DNA of 63,384 nucleotides, the filler included, from Asterionella formosa (taxonomy: Eukaryota): the NCBI GenBank assembly GCA_002256025.1. It is 17 parts of 17 records of this genome, joined end to end, with 100 filler letters (N's around TTAATTAATTAA, not from the genome) between each part and the next. Parts side by side here need not be neighbours in the genome. Positions count along the whole stretch, not along the records: positions 1 to 21,105 come from NKIB01003096.1; 16 more parts are not named here. The stretch is one strand, 5' to 3'. Within the stretch, counting starts at the first letter, position 1. Each line of letters starts with the position of its first letter. Of the stretch, positions 1 through 12,699 are shown one piece after another. A program made the translations under genes and the position numbers. Under the pieces are notes generated by a model. It was not told where the DNA came from and did not search any database. It worked only from the letters and a program-made list of their open reading frames with translations.

Positions 1-443
1 CACTTAATTCCGTTTATAAACGTGTTAAAATATTACCTTTTGTATAGATCTATATCGTTAGACAAAGAAGACTATAGATAGAGACGTTCGTTTCTCTTTC
101 CGTTTCTATATTCTTATTGTGAGTTTAATAATCTAGTTTAGGTTGTTCTGTTTGAACAAAACAAACGAACTATTCTCCAAATGCTGTTTGCATTTCTAGG
201 AACGAACAATCATAGATAGACCCATGTCTATCTCACACTTACTGATCATAGGTTTTTAACCATGATCATTCATTTCAAACTATCGGTCTTCCGAAATAGC
301 TTATATTGTCCGGCTCATTATAGTCGGAGTAACAAGGTATAATGTGTGGTTGATGAGAGCTTGGTACATCAAAGTTGACTCATTCGAATCGGTTGACTCG
401 TTTGACTCCGAGTCCTAACTATGTAGATGAGCTCACTTTAACA
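1..443 (-). mobile_element. Probable LTR (solo or 5') of an LTR retrotransposon, running off the left edge
   Basis: Non-coding AT-rich block whose minus strand starts TGTTAAAG at 443, exactly where the LINE reading frame breaks off (...RKHAKG). The other end is not visible. Confidence 0.35.
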
Positions 444-950
444 TGCTACTCCCTTGGCATGTTTCCTGAGTTTCTGAAATGTGGCACGGGCTTCTTCGGA
501 CTGAAGAATATTATTGAGTGTTGTTTTTGCTGTTGTGTTTGAGTCGTGGGCGGCTGCTTGAGCACGGGCTTCGAGATGTAGGGTGCATAGAGTGGCGGAG
601 CGGGTTTGGCTGTCATTGAGATTGCGCCAAGCTGCAAAAAGACAGTTCCGATTGTATTGCAGATTACACCGATTAGAAAAGATATCCGCGGAGTCTGAGC
701 GGTTTAGGGTTAGAGGGCGAGGGAGACTGGCAAGAGAGTCTCCATACAAACGTCAGTCAGAGATGTGCTTTTTCCAGAAGATAAATGAGCGGCCAAGTGC
801 CGTTAGTTTGGGAGACCAGGGATAGCCAAAGTTAATTTTGGATGATTTTTTTCTGCTGTGAGGAGAGCGGCAGTGATGTCGCGATCTATGCTCTCGTAGT
901 CAGTTTTGTATGGCGGAAAGAGCGGCATTGGTTGAGACAAGATCTTGGAG
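444..950 (-). mobile_element. Degenerate non-LTR retrotransposon (LINE) ORF2 fragment, between endonuclease and RT
   Basis: Frameshifted peptides YESIDRDITAALLTAEK, YPWSPKL and LHLEARAQAAA...LNNILQSEEARATFQKLRKHAKG resemble diatom LINE ORF2. Confidence 0.65.
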
Positions 951-959
951 GTGTTGTAG

Positions 960-1235
960 ATGGGCAATGACACTTGGTCAGGGAATGATTTATGGAACAT
1001 CCGTTAGGCAGAAGATAAACACAAAGAGCTCAACAGAGGGAAAACTAGTTGATGTAAATAATGTCATGCCGCAAATTCTATGGACACGATATTTCATGAA
1101 GGCACAAGGATACAATATTAGTGACACTGTGGTGTACCAGTAATACACGGCTTAGATGCAGGACAGTCAAAGCACAATTCTTCTGGAGAATAATGGTCGA
1201 GCATCAGGGAGCCGCCAAACCAGACACATTAACAC
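960..1235 (+). mobile_element. Ty1/copia (CoDi-like) RNase H fragment
   Basis: MTLGQGMIYGTSVRQKINTKSSTEGKLV...ILWTRYFMKAQGY...VYQ / DSQSTILLENNGRASGSRQTRHIN are Copia RNase H motifs; interrupted by a 21-bp insertion. Confidence 0.85.
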
Positions 1236-2450
1236 ATACAGTTCTTGCTGTCCTTCCTCTCCCTCTCATAGTCGATCATGTCAAGAGTCACCAAGACTCC
1301 GGAGACACAGCACCCACCATACCCCCATCTCCCAACTCCCCCTTCATGCCAAGCTTAACATCCAAGCCAACCAACTTACGAATCTGGCTTTTCTTCACTG
1401 CCAAATCCTCCACCTCCATCCTTGCTCTCCAGAAGTACATGCATCTTTATCCCTGGTGGGACACCCAATCACCTCCCACCTCCAGGAGACCCTTACCATG
1501 ACCTATTACAATACCCCAAACAATTTTTCTGCGCGACTTTCAAGCTACAAATGATGGCTGGAGTTCCACTACATTCCAAACTAGAGACTGGCTATCCTCC
1601 ACCCACGACCTCAAGCAAGTTTCCTTCGGTCACAAAATTGCAAACTTGCATTGCTTAAAATAATTATTGACCAATGGCCTACCTATAAGCAACTTCACCA
1701 ATGTTGCCTCATGACACTCCTCTCTGCACACACTGCTGTATCACAGTTGAATTCCACATGATCATGTACTGATCTGCCCTGTAGTCACATCCACCTGATG
1801 GGATCATCAGGCCACGGTTCATCTCAAACTTTTACCAAAGACAAATCTTCCTCACAGCAATTGAGGCTGGAATATCCGCCTGACAGTAGGACCACCACCT
1901 GCACAATGGCCATTTTCTCCTCCCTTTCCCATGGACCAACTGTCACTTTAGTCCACATCACTTTTTACCAAAACGCTTCTATTGGATGGAATCATGTATT
2001 CAGAGGCAATTTTTCCCTCCACTGGTGGGGTGTGTTGATGCAATGCTATGAGCAGCAAGGATACCCTGGCAGAGGTTATGATGCCACCGCCTTGTCCCAC
2101 CCCTTCATATGTCTTTGATGAACCTACTCTTCCACCCAATGGAAACCCACAATACTTATCCATGGAGCAAAAACTCTTCAAGCAAATACAAAGCATCTGA
2201 GCCATTTAATTACCTCCATCACCTCTGCTTACACCAACCACCAACCACCACCAACCCACCAAACCTCCATCTCTTCTGATGAGACCACCTGTTTGGTCTT
2301 CCTCTTACCCATCGAGTACAACTCTCGTCCTCTCATATGGAAGCATGGCTAGCCACCTACAACGCCAGCCAAACCCATCACAATAATCACCTCAAGTGCA
2401 ACAAGCACCAGCAAGACACCATTACTCAGTACCTAATACGCCGCCCATTA
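1236..2450 (+). mobile_element. Degenerate LINE ORF2 C-terminal fragment
   Basis: C/A-rich strand with broken frames containing HDHVLICP and QNASIGWNHVFRGNFSLHW, typical of diatom LINE C-termini. Ends approximate. Confidence 0.55.
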
Positions 2451-2920
2451 AATTATCTGATTGCACTCATATGCAGCCCACTAACCTCGAAACTATAGTC
2501 GAGTTTTTTAAAGTGTACTCTAAAATTTACTCGTCCACTATCATGATCTGACCAGAATAACAGTTCCTTCGAAATATCCGCCTTGGACATCTTACGAAAT
2601 TTGATGGACCATCACCATCAGAGTATCATATTATCCTCATCATGAGTACAAATTGTCACAACACCACAATGTATATACCGGTATACTCATGGAGCATATA
2701 ACATAATTTCTTTTACTAAAGTATTATATTTTAACAGTAGTGTTACTCTCTCTCCCTTTTGTGCAAATTAGTCTCTAGATCTCATATTGCATGTCATTAT
2801 GTACCTCTAAAATGCCATTTATTGGACATCATTGGGATTAATTTCAAGTACTCCTCCTTCACAATAAAAGTACATATTAGACTACCCAGCATTCTGAAAT
2901 CACCACAGAGCCCATATTCA

Positions 2921-5900
2921 TCATTTGTTACAAAAGACCTTACCGTTGAAGTTGCTTTCCAGGATATGAACCTTCTGTTCTGCACCCCAATCCATGTAAC
3001 ATGCGATAGCACGTTGGAAAAATGGCTGAGAATTAAAACCAAGTGTGTTCAACGCAAAATATGCCCGTTCATTTGCAAGTCCTTCGTAATTTATGAAACC
3101 GTAGTTAGCTGAGATTTGAATGGCATGCTCGTTTGCCTGCAAAACTTCGTTTGCATCGCGTGACATTAAAGCTATCTGCTCTGCTTCCAAGTGAGCAACA
3201 AATAATGTTGCAGTAACACATCCGCTGTTACTCTGCTTCCTCATGTACCTTAGGATGTTTTCCCCTTGTCGTCGATAACTAGTGCGACTCTGCAGCATTG
3301 AAGTCGATGCCAAAGCAAAGAAGGTAAGCCCAGAGTAGAACTTGTAGATCAGGAAAATCCAATGAAACTTGAACCGATTTCTGACCCTTTCAATTGCTAC
3401 TATCATATCTTTGGCAGTTGCAAGAGATCCAACATGAAATGCAGTCACAAGTTTTGATATCCTGGACATAATCAATAGATACTCATTGCATGGTGGTGTA
3501 GCTCTTTTCATTATTGCAGTCTCATCCCTTCCACCTTGCTGCAGTAGTGGGTGGTAGTCACGATCACCTCCAATGAGCGATAGGATTGTTCGCCAGATTT
3601 GTACTGTTTTATCCAAGGAAGTGTTTTGCTTGAATATTTGCATGCTTTCACACAAGGCTTTGCAGTCGTTTTCGAGGCTTTGCAAATCACGTCCACAGTA
3701 AAATGACGTAGAAATGTAGTTGAAAGCTGCAATTGACGCATACTCCATGTCACCTTGAGCTGATCCAACAGCATGAGCTAGCCTGAATGCGTCGGCAACT
3801 TCAGGTAACGATCTCTTCCCATGTAAATTAAAAACCCATAAAGACACCATAGTTATACAGCTGTGCTTCTGACAACTTTGTTTGTCCAGCAGTTTGAGTG
3901 CAAGCATGCCAAACCGATATGCACTTTCTAAATTTCCCAGCTTTGACTCCAATCTACCATAAGCAGCAATTGCAGGAAGTGACATTGATGAAATACCATA
4001 CTTTATTGACAATTGAAAAACACGTAAAATAGCAAAAGTCCCCAGGTTCACTTCTCCAAGGAAGAAGGCTGCAGCACAGATTTTGACAAGTATGGTCATG
4101 ATCATAATAGCTTGCGCATTTTCTTCAAGAAGGGGCAGTGAAAGAATGAAATTATCTGATTTCCTATGGAGCAATGTCTTTGTCTTTGCAATTGAGCAAA
4201 GAAGGGAAAATGTTGTTGGCTGTCTTTTCACTTTCACTCCCAATTCCTGTAGAATCGAAAGACATTTGTCAATTGACTGTGTTCGCATGGCTTGCGCATT
4301 CAGTGCATCGATCTCCGAGTAGTAGGCAGATGCTTTATCTTCGATGGATCGTGCATTTACCATGATGCTTTTTGCCATTGTATCGCTATATGCAAAGTCT
4401 CCAATGCAATAACCAATCTCTGCAGAGAGGCTAAACAGTCCCAGACAAAGATCGTAGTGTTTGCTCCACATGGTGTCTGCATCAAGAAGCTCAACACCAC
4501 ATCGCAAATACTCGGAGGCACTCAGAAACGCAGATTTCTCGCTTGCTGCCAGCTTTGCTGCATCAAGGTTGAGTCGTGACAAGTCAACCCGATCACCTTC
4601 CTCGACCAAGTATGGCAATGCATAATTTAGATGATGCACAACAGGAAATAGAAAATCGTTATATTTTGGTAGCAGCATCTCTCTTAAATGACTACCAATT
4701 GTCAAATGTATCATTGCCCGTTCCCTTCCTTCGGGGATGGAATCATAAAGAACAGTCTGAGGGTAGTCATGCACAAACTTCATTTTGATTCCAGAATCAT
4801 CACACTTTTCGATAATACCTTCAGCAGTTGCAGCATCCAGGATTCTGGAAACCCTGTCATGGTATTGATCTTGTGTAATTTGGCCCTTGATCTCTGCAAT
4901 TTCTATATTCAATGGAATCACCGTCAAAGTTGATGATACGTGCTCAGAGATCACAATGGCTTCCAGTATATCGCGTCGAAACTGAAAGCCAAGATATGCG
5001 GCATATGTTAAAACAGCTCTGACATGGGGATGTAGCCGTTTCATCTGTTCAGAGATCGTTTTGACGACATTGGAGGACACATTGGTCTCGGTTTGAATTT
5101 TCTCCAAATCAATCAACCAAGATGAATCGGTTCGATCTATGAATCCCCTTCTGAGTAAATCATCCAGAAATTCAAGTACAAAGAAAGGATTTCCTGAAGT
5201 CTTCTTCCATATGCATTCGCTTAGTATCATAGATTCTTCAGAAGTTGACATTTTCAATTGATCTCGAATCAAGTCATGAATTGACTCGACATAAAGATTA
5301 CCAATTGATATCTTGGTCAAATGCACCATTTTTTCATCCTCAGAACATTGAAAGAACTCGTCAACTTTTGCAGTGTTCAAATCATTATCTCGATAGGCCA
5401 ACACTAGAAGAACATATTTACTCCTAGTGTCCGTAATAAGGCCTCGTATCACTTGCATGGATGCTTGATCTGCCCATTGAATGTCGTCAAGGAATATACA
5501 CAATGGGCTCTCTTTTGTGGCAACAACGCCTACAAATCTACGAAAGGCCAGAGTCAATTTGGAAACAATGTTCATCATGGTCCCCACTCCCTCCTCTGGA
5601 TTTTTCTTTTGTCCAAGTAAATTTGAAATATTCGGGATCAACTTGCAAAGCAAATAAGCCTCATCTCCGAGAGCTTCCTTAACGCTGCTTCTTCGTGACT
5701 GAGAAACTTCTGTGAGACTTATGATTTCAGCCAAGTCATTGAACGCGTTCACAATCGCGCTAAAGGGTTCGTCCAGCCTAAGCTGGTCATACTTTCCAGC
5801 GACGAAGTAACCATTAGACTCGATCGAAGTCACAGGGCCTCGAATGGATTCGGCGACTTTGCTCTTTCCAGCGCCTGCTTCGCCTGAAAGAAGGACCACT

Positions 5901-6262
5901 TCAGAAGGTCCATTCCTGGCACGTGTAAAAGCATCCAATAGGATACTCACTTCTCTGCTTCGGCCGTAGAGACGACCGGTACGGTTGAAGCGCACCAAGC
6001 CTCCATAGTTAAACATGTCAGAAGAACCGCCGGAAAACCCCGACAATGAACTAATGACGCTCATTTCATCGTTTTTGTCATCATCATCCGCGTCGTCTCT
6101 TCCTCCATTTCTTGATTGCGCGAAACTAATGCTTACATGTTTCCTATGACTCGGATAATCTGATGTTGATGTTGATGCTGAGTGGAGCAACTGTTCGTTC
6201 GATAATTTGGTGTTCATGAGGCCACTGGAGAGTAGATGCTGAATTGGCACGCACCTTGTCAA
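2921..6262 (-). CDS. STAND-class P-loop ATPase (AAA_16/COG3899-like) with C-terminal TPR-like helical repeats
   Basis: Uninterrupted 1113-codon ORF: LYGRSRE, Walker A GEAGAGKS, GKYDQ, Walker B CIFLDDIQWAD, KTSGNPFF, KFVHD, C-terminal GLANERA...AIACYMDWGA. True start uncertain (ORF start is TTG). Confidence 0.9.
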   Translation of the reverse strand: MTRCVPIQHLLSSGLMNTKLSNEQLLHSASTSTSDYPSHRKHVSISFAQSRNGGRDDADDDDKNDEMSVISSLSGFSGGSSDMFNYGGLVRFNRTGRLYGRSREVSILLDAFTRARNGPSEVVLLSGEAGAGKSKVAESIRGPVTSIESNGYFVAGKYDQLRLDEPFSAIVNAFNDLAEIISLTEVSQSRRSSVKEALGDEAYLLCKLIPNISNLLGQKKNPEEGVGTMMNIVSKLTLAFRRFVGVVATKESPLCIFLDDIQWADQASMQVIRGLITDTRSKYVLLVLAYRDNDLNTAKVDEFFQCSEDEKMVHLTKISIGNLYVESIHDLIRDQLKMSTSEESMILSECIWKKTSGNPFFVLEFLDDLLRRGFIDRTDSSWLIDLEKIQTETNVSSNVVKTISEQMKRLHPHVRAVLTYAAYLGFQFRRDILEAIVISEHVSSTLTVIPLNIEIAEIKGQITQDQYHDRVSRILDAATAEGIIEKCDDSGIKMKFVHDYPQTVLYDSIPEGRERAMIHLTIGSHLREMLLPKYNDFLFPVVHHLNYALPYLVEEGDRVDLSRLNLDAAKLAASEKSAFLSASEYLRCGVELLDADTMWSKHYDLCLGLFSLSAEIGYCIGDFAYSDTMAKSIMVNARSIEDKASAYYSEIDALNAQAMRTQSIDKCLSILQELGVKVKRQPTTFSLLCSIAKTKTLLHRKSDNFILSLPLLEENAQAIMIMTILVKICAAAFFLGEVNLGTFAILRVFQLSIKYGISSMSLPAIAAYGRLESKLGNLESAYRFGMLALKLLDKQSCQKHSCITMVSLWVFNLHGKRSLPEVADAFRLAHAVGSAQGDMEYASIAAFNYISTSFYCGRDLQSLENDCKALCESMQIFKQNTSLDKTVQIWRTILSLIGGDRDYHPLLQQGGRDETAIMKRATPPCNEYLLIMSRISKLVTAFHVGSLATAKDMIVAIERVRNRFKFHWIFLIYKFYSGLTFFALASTSMLQSRTSYRRQGENILRYMRKQSNSGCVTATLFVAHLEAEQIALMSRDANEVLQANEHAIQISANYGFINYEGLANERAYFALNTLGFNSQPFFQRAIACYMDWGAEQKVHILESNFNGKVFCNK

Positions 6263-6699
6263 ATGATGGTTGTTGTAATAACAAGACTGTAATGTATGTG
6301 TCTAAACCACAACTACGGTATGTGCAGAAAAGAGTCAACAAAACCAAGGAACGACTTCTATTATTACATGCCTATTTATGCATTCCCGGCACCCAATAAA
6401 TGATAGCCATGTTTATATCTCCATGTAATCCAGATTGTTGCCATGTATAGGCAGAATGAGCATGGCTGCTCATGTCAAATATGCAAACGCATACCTATAC
6501 TTAATAACCGGGCACGTAGGTTTCACAGGCGACGTCACAGTTCTGTTCGTTTGCAGATGCAACCAAATCTCTACCTATGTATGGCAATGTATTTAGGGGC
6601 AATAGGGGGGCACATAGGATTTTTCGGCAGCAGGTCATGTACATGGGGAGCATTCTCGGACAATGGCTGTGATGCCTTTGGATGCTGTGCCCATTTCCT

Positions 6700-7860
6700 C
6701 ATTAGCATCTAGCATTAGAAGAATTTCTCATCCCTTTTCCTGGTGATTTTGAATAAACGCTATGATGTCCATGATGAATTGTTGTCTTGGGTTTGGGTTC
6801 TCCTTTCCTTGCTTTGACATGATCATATGCTCTTGGTTGTAGGTAGTGCTGTCCCCATGTTGTGGAATGGAGGCATGGGAGACTCTGTAGATCTCTGTAG
6901 GCAGTGATTGTGACAAGTTCTTTGCCCGATTTTTCTTTAAATACCATTTAACTCCATCTGCCCATCCCTGATGGATCCGGACCTGCCTCTTTCTCTGCCC
7001 TCCAGCACCATTTTCCTGTCTGTGTGATGGAGGTTTCTCCTGGTTTATACTTTGATCCTGAGGGAACTTTGCTCGATGAGAAAGCCGATTTCACTGTGTT
7101 GAAAACTCTTGAAGCAATGTCTCTGAAATCCATTAGTATGTCCTGCAGATTCCAATTTGAATTTGTTTTGGCACATCCAAATGTGGTGACATCCAGTCAT
7201 TGCTTGCATAGTTTCCAGATTGAACAGGATCTGAAGCTGTCCTTTGTAGATGTAGGCCATTTATGTTTTGAAAATATAAGCTGAACATGTTTTCCTCTAT
7301 TGGTCTTATCTTGTCATCCCACGTGGTTTGTGACTTGATGTCTGCTTTTCTTGTTGTTGCTGCTATTTTTGATCCATTGTACCCTCCTGCATATCCTTAT
7401 GGCTGCTCCTGTTGCCCTTGTTGTCTTCTGTGTGTCGATATTGGACTTTTCCTGTGTCTAAAAGATCACACGATCTACTTCCATTTGGTGGGGGTGTGGT
7501 GGTGCTTGCTCCCATTCAGTTTGTATCAAATTTGGATTTGTAGGTTATCTAGAAATATTGTCATAGGTTTGCCATGTCTTCAATTTTGGTTGGGAGATAT
7601 AACATGTGATCCTACTGCATGGATGGTTCCGAATGCCATTTGCCAAGCCTTTGTTTAAGTTTTAACAAATTCTTTGATCCTTGCGTTATGAAGATTTCCG
7701 TAAGCGCCTCTTTCCAGTCTAGTTCTGCATCTCCATAGGATCTGGCTGGTTTGGCCATTCCCATCGAGATGTGCAGTGTCAAACTTTGATGCAATTCATT
7801 ATTTCCGGCCTTATGCCTGTGCCATCAGCTGTTGCTATATCTGGTGATATCGTGGGGACT
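6700..7860 (-). mobile_element. Degenerate LINE fragment: upstream region plus APE-type endonuclease
   Basis: Broken frames read SLYFQNING, GPDPSGMGRWS, VTITAYR, NPNPRQQFIMDIIAFIQ, matching diatom LINE endonucleases. Confidence 0.7.
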
Positions 7861-8107
7861 CTAAGATCACATTCTGCACAAATTGATATGAAATTGTCTG
7901 TATGGTGTGATGATCACTGACATAATCATATCGTCATGTTGCAAGACCGTTGCGGCGACCAAGGATTGCTGATTTCTATCTGCAGCTTGTGTCTGCCTCT
8001 CAACTATGTTATGATAGATACACCTACGAAATAGCAACACTTCAATGTCAATTTTCGATGAGAAATTCAGTCCAATAATTTCGTCACAGTCACAACGGAG
8101 TTGCTGT

Positions 8108-11100
8108 CTCATCGTTCCTCTAAATAGTAGCTCGAGCTGCATATGATGCAACAAACTGGTATCCACAATATTCTGAACTTGAAATTCCTTGATTGGAGGA
8201 TGAGCCTTTAACATGACTTGTACATAGACTTTTACTGATAGATTGATGTAAACGTTCACGGATAGCATTTGTTTGTGGATTCTTGACTGTAATGGTCCCA
8301 ATTTTAATTCCATTCAACACTTACATGTGTATGAAAGGAATACCAGTAAATTGACCTCCATTGTCATGTATACAACCTTCTGGACGGAGATATCTGTCTA
8401 ACCAATCATTTTCAGATTTCATCGCAATATATTCTGATGTCTTATTATTGATATGTGAACTGTCTGGTAAACTGGTGACTGTGTTAATTCAAGTTGGAGC
8501 ATGAAATTCAATCGCTTGTGCAGTCACTATTATCTTCCATGGACCAATGAAATCTACTGTGACTTCTGAGCATTGTAATAACAATGCATTCCTTGGTGGA
8601 AGTTCGCCAAAACCAAGCATCAGGTAATTTTGTACGTTTTGACATGTTTGATATAGGCTTGCAATATGTTCCACTCTTGCTTTTAATGAAAGATAGTAAA
8701 AAAATGTGTAGAAACTGTGGCATTTCATCTTATCATACCCACATGAGCTAACCTCTGATGATACCAATAAATAATAGGATCCAATAGTGATGTAGGAATA
8801 ACAATACATCAAGTATCTCCTGGATTCTTCACAAAACATATTAAATGTATATGATGAAAATTGATAGAGGGAAATTTTAATGGATGTGTTTGTTGATTGA
8901 GAATGAGATGAGTTGTTTGATTGAGAATCAATTGTATATCCAGCAATTGTCTATCATGTATGGAGTAATATTCCAGAGGATATTGAATATTGTCTGCCAA
9001 AATTGGATGATTGAGGGAACAGGTAAACAAAGGTTCATCATCTACTTCAATTGAGAAAGTAGAAATGGATGTTGATGCTGAAGATTTCGGTCCAATATCA
9101 TCCCCCACCAAAGACTCAAGCCTTGGGAGGCGAGAGATAGAATCTGTAATATTTGACATTATCAGTACCGTTCATATTGTGAAAAGTGAGAAGATATTCT
9201 TCAATATAAATCCTCCACCGGAGAACACGCTGAGTTTCTGTGTAGGGTAATAAAGAAAAAAATATGATTTTCAGTGTGAACATGTAGAACCGCATTCAAT
9301 GACATAGAGCGAAATTCTTTGAAAGTTTCTTAATTGAAAATCAGAAACATTAGTAAAAAATATGGAAAGGAAAATTACGATCAGGATAACTCATGAGTGT
9401 ATCTGCAACTAACAATGCTTTCATTGATGCACAAGTTTGTTGATGTATGCATAGGTAACCATAAAAATGGTCTAGTTCCATTTCAATCCTGTTTTAAGAT
9501 TTGAAGACCAAAATTTGAAGTCGGTTGGAGTTTATCGATATCCCAATGAGTCAGTTTCTTCAACAGACCATTTCATATAGAATGGTGCTGGAGGACTTCA
9601 GCCATAACAGCATATTTCCGTATCTGAATAGTTAGGAGCTTGAATGGTCCATGTGTAAACATAATCCTTGATAGGTGTATCAAAATATAACAAACCATTG
9701 TGCAAATGTTCTGTGCGAATCATTATAGGAATGCATGACATGCAGAAAAACACTGATATATCCACCATACAGACAGGACATGGTATTTGTAAATTATCCA
9801 TCATAAATAAATCAGCTGGACAAATGAGCAAACTCGCAGAAGGTACTAAGACCAGGTACTTCTGTTGCAAGATACAAGCTGACGGAATAAATTTTGGGAG
9901 CATCATGCGGAGTACTGGCAAAGGAAGAAAAGATGGGATCATACCTCCTATGCATGGTATATATTAATTATAAATGTTCGATTTTACAACGAAATGTCCT
10001 GAATTACAATCCATTCATAAGTTAAAAATCAAGACCCACCGCAATCAAATAATCTTCATCTTATGTCATGCATATACAACGCAGCCACCCATCCTTGGGT
10101 TGCTTATGACATGAGAATGAAATGCAATTAAGCTTATGCATTCTTAGGCAAAGAAAGAATAAGACCGGAATCAGGCCTTGAGATGTGCATATGGAATGAT
10201 ATATTGAATCTACCTTTGCATTTTAAAATATCCCGTGTTACAATAGCGGTGATATCCAACCTGTAATTATCCTGTAAATAACAAAATTTATTCAGGTAAT
10301 GATTGACGTAAGACATATTCAATGTGCTGTTGCTCATAAATATATATATATATATATATATTATTAAAATCATAGCATTGTTGCTATTGTTGCACATACT
10401 TCTGTTAAGGCGATATGTTCAGCATTCTGCTGGTTTTTTATTGGGCACATCGGCCACTAACTGACCACCAGGAGGGTTCATGACCACTAAAATTTCCTGG
10501 GCAGATTCATAATAGTCGGCAGGTATGGCCCTTGGCACAGTACCCTAACCAGACATCATCATAGGGTTAACCCATAGATTTGCTTGTATAAAATATGAAC
10601 GGAAGAAAAAAACATGAATAGATTTAGCTGTGTTAGTATGATAATTTGCTCCGCATAGAATTTCTACGCCAGGAGAGGAACAGGAACAGGATTACGAACA
10701 GGAACAAGGTTAGTAGTGTTAGTAATGTTAACTCCATGAACCTTATGTTTGACCGTTGTTTCATATCCCATGCGTGGTCGGTTGCATTAAAATGCATGTG
10801 CCCTGCCATTGCCACTGAGTACAAAATTATCATGTACAAATTTACGCTTGAAATGGTGGTTGTACTCTTGATACATCACAGGACTGTATTTAGCAATGCG
10901 AAGACGATCTTTTGTTAAAATTGACACCAGTCATGAATATTTTCTTGATGCGTCATGGAATTGTCTTCAACTTCAACTATTTATATACGATTTTGTGTTA
11001 GAAAATTGACACCAGGCACGCGCGTTCTCTCGACATAACACGATTGCCTTCAGCGATGCGAAGTCGATTTTGGCTTACGGTAGAACTCATGCTTGAGGAT

Positions 11101-11350
11101 GTGCTTGAGTTGATCTTTGAATGATTGTTGACTCTCGAATTAAGTCAAACCAAGCGAATCAATTATTTTGTGTTCTTTTCATTGTTCCATTCAAACACTT
11201 GTTGCCACGCATTGTCGATCAAACAAAATGACAATCAACCTCAAATCTTCCTTGGCGGAAACCTCTTGATCTTCTGGATAAGTTATAATGAGTTTTAGGA
11301 GCTTCTTTGAGGTCTTGAGACAGGCAGCAAAGACGATTATAAACATGTTG
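8108..11350 (-). mobile_element. Heavily decayed Ty3/gypsy LTR retrotransposon (gag-PR-RT-RH-IN)
   Basis: Integrase motifs EVTVDFIGPW and TVKNPQTNAIRERLHQ; post-RNase H SRLPR; RT-region QQKYLVLVP / SVFFCMSCIP; gag remnant HMHFNATDHAW. Integrase is last, the Gypsy order. Ends approximate. Confidence 0.75.
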
Positions 11351-12699
11351 AAATGTTTTACTTAGTAATATCATGGCATCCAGCCACTGTTATTGACTCT
11401 CAGAGATATCATGAAGAAGGTAATCTTCCAGCCACATCACTATGACTTTCTTGTTGAGACTGTTATGGTGGGACTGAGCATCTGAGTGTATTACAACGCT
11501 CATCCAGTCAGACAAAACGATATCTGTGAGTCATCTTTTGTAGCAGAAGATGACAAGCAAGGAATCTGTTGGACTGAAGATATATGTGTTAGCCATATCA
11601 CAGGATTTACTGAAATCAATAATCAAGCTTCCCCTGAGCGTCAATTGATCATATCTTTGCTGTAAGACTCCAAATGTCGACCTGGCTTGTAAGGATGCAC
11701 AAAGAAGTTTGAATCTTGATGTTTAGTATGTTGTTATCCTTCATCAATGAGACCACTGGAACTTGAGAGAACATCAACAACAAGTGTATTATTGGATGTC
11801 TGCATATATGTCTTTATTAAACTCTAAATTGACCTACTCCATAATTCCATAGAAACACAAGCCATGACAATTCCTACGTACATGAAACTCGGTACAAAAT
11901 TACAAATTGATGTATTTTTTTGCATTTTGAGATGTTGTGCTCGCTCCGAAATTACTGTCGCTCAAGTTTTCTCGTTAATTTGTACATTAGATAGAAATAA
12001 ACAGCTAGTAAGAGTTATTAAGCTATGGTAGTCATAGCAGAATCAATGATGTCTCGTTTTTGATCATATCTTGAAAACTGAGCACACGAAGATGAAAACA
12101 AATTCTAGCGGCAATTTCTAATTTTCGTGATCAATAATAGTGCAATACATTTTTATTATTGAACGATTATCTCATCTATGATAGGCTTTACCTACAAAAT
12201 AGCAAAACTTCAATGTCAATTCTCGATGAGAAATTCAGTCCAATAATTTCGTCATGGTCAATGCGGAGTAGCTGCATTGAGATAAACTACCTGGTACCAG
12301 TGTGCACATGCATTAGGATGTGACTAACATTCTGTCTACTGGTATACTTATCATGGAGCTGTGCTGCCTGCCCCATCACCAGATAGTACCTTTTGTACCA
12401 TGGTACCAGGGTACCTGATACTGGTACTCCAGACAATACTGATATACTTTGGGGATGACATGCATGAGTTTAGCAGTATCTTAGCATAGTAACAGCTTGT
12501 AGGTATGACATCCTAATGCCATGAACATGTCATGAAACTGACCATAGCATAATGACAATTTTGACAAGAGCACAAAAAACTGTTTACCTTTCTCGATTTT
12601 TAAGTAAACAAAAAGTCATTAAAAATTTAGTTAGGAAATTTTTTAATCAATGATAGACATGCTTGTTGATTTGCTAAATATTTAGTGAAAAAAGTAATC

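Noticed and set aside
1138..1161. 21-bp insertion flanked by CAG in the Copia RNase H relic
   Set aside because: Real, but too short to classify; ordinary decay or repair filler.
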